Origin: Squalus acanthias
Lineage: Eukaryota
DNA length: 64,000 bases
Assembly: GCA_030390025.1 (NCBI GenBank)
Contig: CM059438.1
Coordinates: 67,706,001-67,770,000 of the forward strand
Direction: 5' to 3'
Shown: one piece after another, positions 60,398 through 64,000 of the stretch
Layout of the letters: each line of letters opens with the position of its first letter
Position numbering within the stretch: the first letter of the stretch is position 1
Notes under the pieces: generated by a model
Seen by the model: the letters and a program-made list of their open reading frames with translations, nothing else
Database searches by the model: none
What the model was told of the DNA's origin: nothing
Program-made: the position numbers and the translations under genes

Positions 60398-61646
60398 CTA
60401 AGCAAATCTGGCCAAGATGAGCGCGTCCCTTGTATCCCGGGCAGCAATGTGCTCGCATGTTGCTGCCGCTGGTGGATGCACCTCTGCAAGCTGTTCGTTG
60501 TTGCTCTCCTCCTCCTCCTCCTCCTCCTCATCTGAGGAGGCTCTGTGATGAGCCATTTGTTCCTCAGGCATCTGCAAGCCACGATGCTGTGCCATGTTGT
60601 GAAGTGCACAGCAGACCACGACTATTCTGGAGACCCTGGCTGCTGAGTACTGCTGGGCTCCACCTGATCTATCAAGGCATCTGAAGCGCATCTTCAGCAA
60701 GCTGATGGTTTGTTCGATTATGGATCTGGTGGAAATGTGGCTGGAGTTGTAGCGCTCCTCAGCTTCGTTGGATGGGCTCCTCAACGGCGTCATTAGCCAC
60801 GTCTTCAGGGGATAGCCCTTGTCTCCAAGTAGCCATCCGAAAAGTTGGTCTGGCAGACTGAAGAGCGGAGGCACACTAGACTGGCCGCAGGATGAAGGAG
60901 TCATGGCAACTGCCAGGGTACTTGGCGCAAACATGCAAAATTTCCTTCTTGTGGTCACACACCAGCTGTACGTTGAGGGAGTGGAAGCCCTTGCGGTTGA
61001 CAAAAAATCCTGGATTGTGATGGGGTGCCTTAAGGGCCACATGTGTGCAGTCAACGATGCCCTGCACCCTTGGAAAGCCTGCCAGATTGTCAAACCCAAC
61101 CGCACGCGCAGTTACACTGGCTTGATCCTTGGAGAAGCTGAAGTAATTGTGCGCGATGGCAAAGAGGGCATCGGTTACCTGCGTGATGCAAGTGTGTGCG
61201 GCCGCCTGGGAGACGCCACTGATGTCTGCTGCTGATCCCTGGAATGAGCCTGAAGCAAAAAAGTTGAGTGCGGTGATGACTTTGACGGCCACTGGTAAGG
61301 GGTGTCCACCTGCTCCTCTGGGCTCCAGCTCTTGCTGCAGCATTGCGCAGATGTCACCCACTACCTCTCGCGAAAGTCAGAGCCTCCTTTGGCACTGCTG
61401 CTCAGTCATGTTGAGGTAGCTCATCCTCTGTCTGTATACCCTGTTTTGGGGGTATCTCCTGCGCCGACGTGCTTCTATGCTCTGGCGTCTTCTGGCCTGT
61501 GCAGCTTCTGGTGGGTGAGCAGCAGCTTAGCGCTCCTGTTGTTGCTCCTGCAGTTGGTGCTACTGTTGTTCAGGGCTCTGCTGCTGCCGTGGCTGGTCTT
61601 CGTCCGAATCTGATGTCCAGGAGGAAAGGAAATAAATGGTTCCCAT
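60398..61646 (-). pseudogene. Harbinger transposase pseudogene with all three DDE motifs
   Basis: MGTIY start, [22 protein letters not shown] and CCALHN. Three in-frame stops near the N-terminus and a frameshift near 60885. Confidence 0.95.
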
Positions 61647-62641
61647 TCTTCTGGTATATACCTCAGTTGAGGAAGCGCTCATTCAAGGTGGGGAGAGGGG
61701 TTTTCCAGGAGGTCACACTGGAGATGGGTGTCAGGCTCCAAACTTCCAGAACAATGAGTATAGGCCTGCTAAAAGTTCCCCCAGACCTGAGACAACAAAG
61801 CTCTGCCACCTGCAAATGATGATTGCTGAAAACTCCTTTTTAATGGTGGAGCTGCAGCTGTTAGTAAGCAATCCACTTGTGATACCGCCAGGATTCACTG
61901 GCGTGTTCCAGAGGAGACAAGCAGCACATGGGAAAAGTGTTAAAATCAGAAAGGCATCTCAAAATGGGATTATAGAGGCAATTAAGTGGTTGTTAATGGC
62001 CTTAAGGGCCTATCCCACCTCTTGGAGGCGGGATGGAGATGGGGTCAGAAAACACGCATGTGGGAAAATTGCTCGAAGGCGGGATCGGGCCCACCCGCCT
62101 TTTTTTGCAATTTTACCACCTCACACGCCTCCAATCCCGCCTCCTCGGGCCTGGCAAAATCGAGCCCTCTATATCCATGGGGCATGACTGTTCTCTACAC
62201 GGCTTGCTGTAAGTAACTGTTCTGCCCATCACCTACTATACATTATTTTTATTTTATTCCTTCACTTCTACTCCCAAATAATTGGATCCATTTTGAAAAA
62301 TTGTCAGTAAATGCTGTGGTATGAAATAAATTCTGCAGTTCAAGTGAGGCTAATTTTTCCAAACAAAACCTATGTTGTGGCTGAATCCTATTGCACCTTT
62401 TAAATGGTCAGAATCTGTTGAATTATTAACACATGACTCTCTTGCACTGGCAACAAAAAGTGAGTGAGTAGTTTTTAATTAGAACTGAAGCTTTATTCTT
62501 TTCTCTCTGTTCTGAATCACTGGTCTGTCTTTTAATTCTTCTGAGTAGTGTCACAGGAAGTTGATTTTCAAGTTTTGTTCTCCACATTCCTTCTAGTATT
62601 TTTATCTGATTGGCCCAATTCTTTTGCACCTAGTGCCATGT

Positions 62642-63095
62642 AAAAAAAAAGAAAGACTTGCATTTATATAGCGCCTTTCATGACCTCAGGATGTCCCAAA
62701 GCGCTTTACAGCCAATGAAGTACTTTTTGAAATGTCGTCACTGTAGGAACCGTAGTAGCCAATTGCGCACAGCAAGCTCCCACAAACAGCAATATGATAA
62801 TGATCAGATAATCTGTTTTTGTTATGTTGATTGAGGGATAAATATTGGCCAGGACACCGAGGATAACTCCCCTGCTCTTCTTTAAAATAGCACCATGGGA
62901 CATTTTACGTCCACCTGAGAGAGCAGGCAGGGCCTCGGTTTAATGTCTCATCCAAAAGACAGCACCTCCAACAGCGCAGCACTCCCTCAGCAATGCACTG
63001 GAGTGTCAGCCTAGAATTTTGTGCTCAAGTCCCTGGAGTGGGACTTGAACCCACAGCCTTCTGACTCAGAGGTGAGAAGTGCTACCCACTGAGAT
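62642..63095 (-). mobile_element. Near full-length Deu-domain SINE
   Basis: Reverse complement of 47067-47534; B-box GGTTCAAGTCC. Confidence 0.9.
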
Positions 63096-64000
63096 ACTTG
63101 GGTCAGGTTAGGTGAGCTCATGACTGAACCAGAGCCCTGGAGGTGGCTGAGACATTAGTCACTGTGCATTTAGAATTATGCAACAATTCAAATGGAGTGC
63201 ATTTTTATTTACCGGAATACATTCTTCAGGCTTTGTTGAGAAAGATGATTTCATCAATCACAGTCGTATTTTACATTTTTAATGTGATTCCTTTTCAAGG
63301 TTGCAGGATCTATTTTAGAAGTGTCATTTCTATTTGTTTCATAAATTCTATAAAAGTAAACTGTGCACAGAGAGATGGAGCTGCATTTCCTTTGAAAAAA
63401 ATTAAACTGCAAAATCACCATAAAGATTTTACAACCTCTATTCGGTATTGCAAAATTGTAGTTAAAATGCCCATAATAATTTGCTCCTACAGTGCCATAA
63501 ACTGCATTAAAAAAGAGAAATCATATCAGGATAATGTATTCTTGGATTGAAAATATAATCATTGTCGGCTGAGAAGGTGAATGTGGCAAGCTTTCATTAT
63601 TTTTTAAAGAATAACATTTTATTTAGTTTTTAAGATCGAATCACATTATATGACAGCTGCTGTCTCGCCCATCATGCAAAATCAGCAACACAAAATGTGG
63701 TATAAGTGTTCTAGTGAAATGCTCGCCATACCTGTGCCTGCCCCTTTAAGTAACACAGTAATTCAGGAAAAAAAAGGTTGGCCCTCTGCTTCTCTTATGG
63801 ATGGACCTCGGATCCAGTAGCACAGCTCTGCTTTGTGAGGTGAGCAATGACGATGGTTGTTGGCGTTCAATGAGGGGCTTAAGCAGGCAATAGAACAGGA
63901 ATGTTTTGTTTTCTTGTAACTAAGCTTCAGCTACACAAAAGTGGAAAAGGAGTTGGCTTATTTTTAAAGGAGATTTGAGGCTGTGGACATTACCCTCAGT

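Larger units (their letters stand above)
56208..62167. mobile_element. Full-length PIF/Harbinger transposon D (decayed; solo LTR inserted)
   Basis: 16-bp TIRs GGGCTGGATTTTGCCA / TGGCAAAATCGAGCCC (one mismatch); TSD TCT. Myb (+) and transposase (-) are convergent. Confidence 0.95.

Overview
Eukaryotic, repeat-dominated DNA, most likely intergenic or intronic sequence of a cartilaginous fish (inferred from shark-type CR1 LINEs, Deu-domain SacSINE1-like SINEs and L2). I recognise no host protein-coding exon, tRNA/rRNA gene or CRISPR array. The window holds three PIF/Harbinger DNA transposons (454-3565 truncated, 48515-54144, 56208-62167). Each pairs a DDE transposase pseudogene with a convergent three-exon Myb/SANT gene. 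There is also a ~2.4 kb inverted dimer of a non-autonomous Harbinger (23317-25721), about ten Harbinger-type MITEs or deletion derivatives, a hAT MITE with an 8-bp TSD, two solo LTRs with 4-bp TSDs, many CR1/L2/SINE pieces, and four Penelope-like fragments carrying minimal hammerhead ribozyme motifs, one fully intact. The most interesting items are the Harbinger fold-back (a possible hairpin-RNA silencer), the intact hammerhead insertion, a hairpin cluster inside a MITE, a still-open spliced Myb gene and a long CpG-rich solo LTR. Boundaries of decayed fragments are approximate and all comparisons were made by eye.
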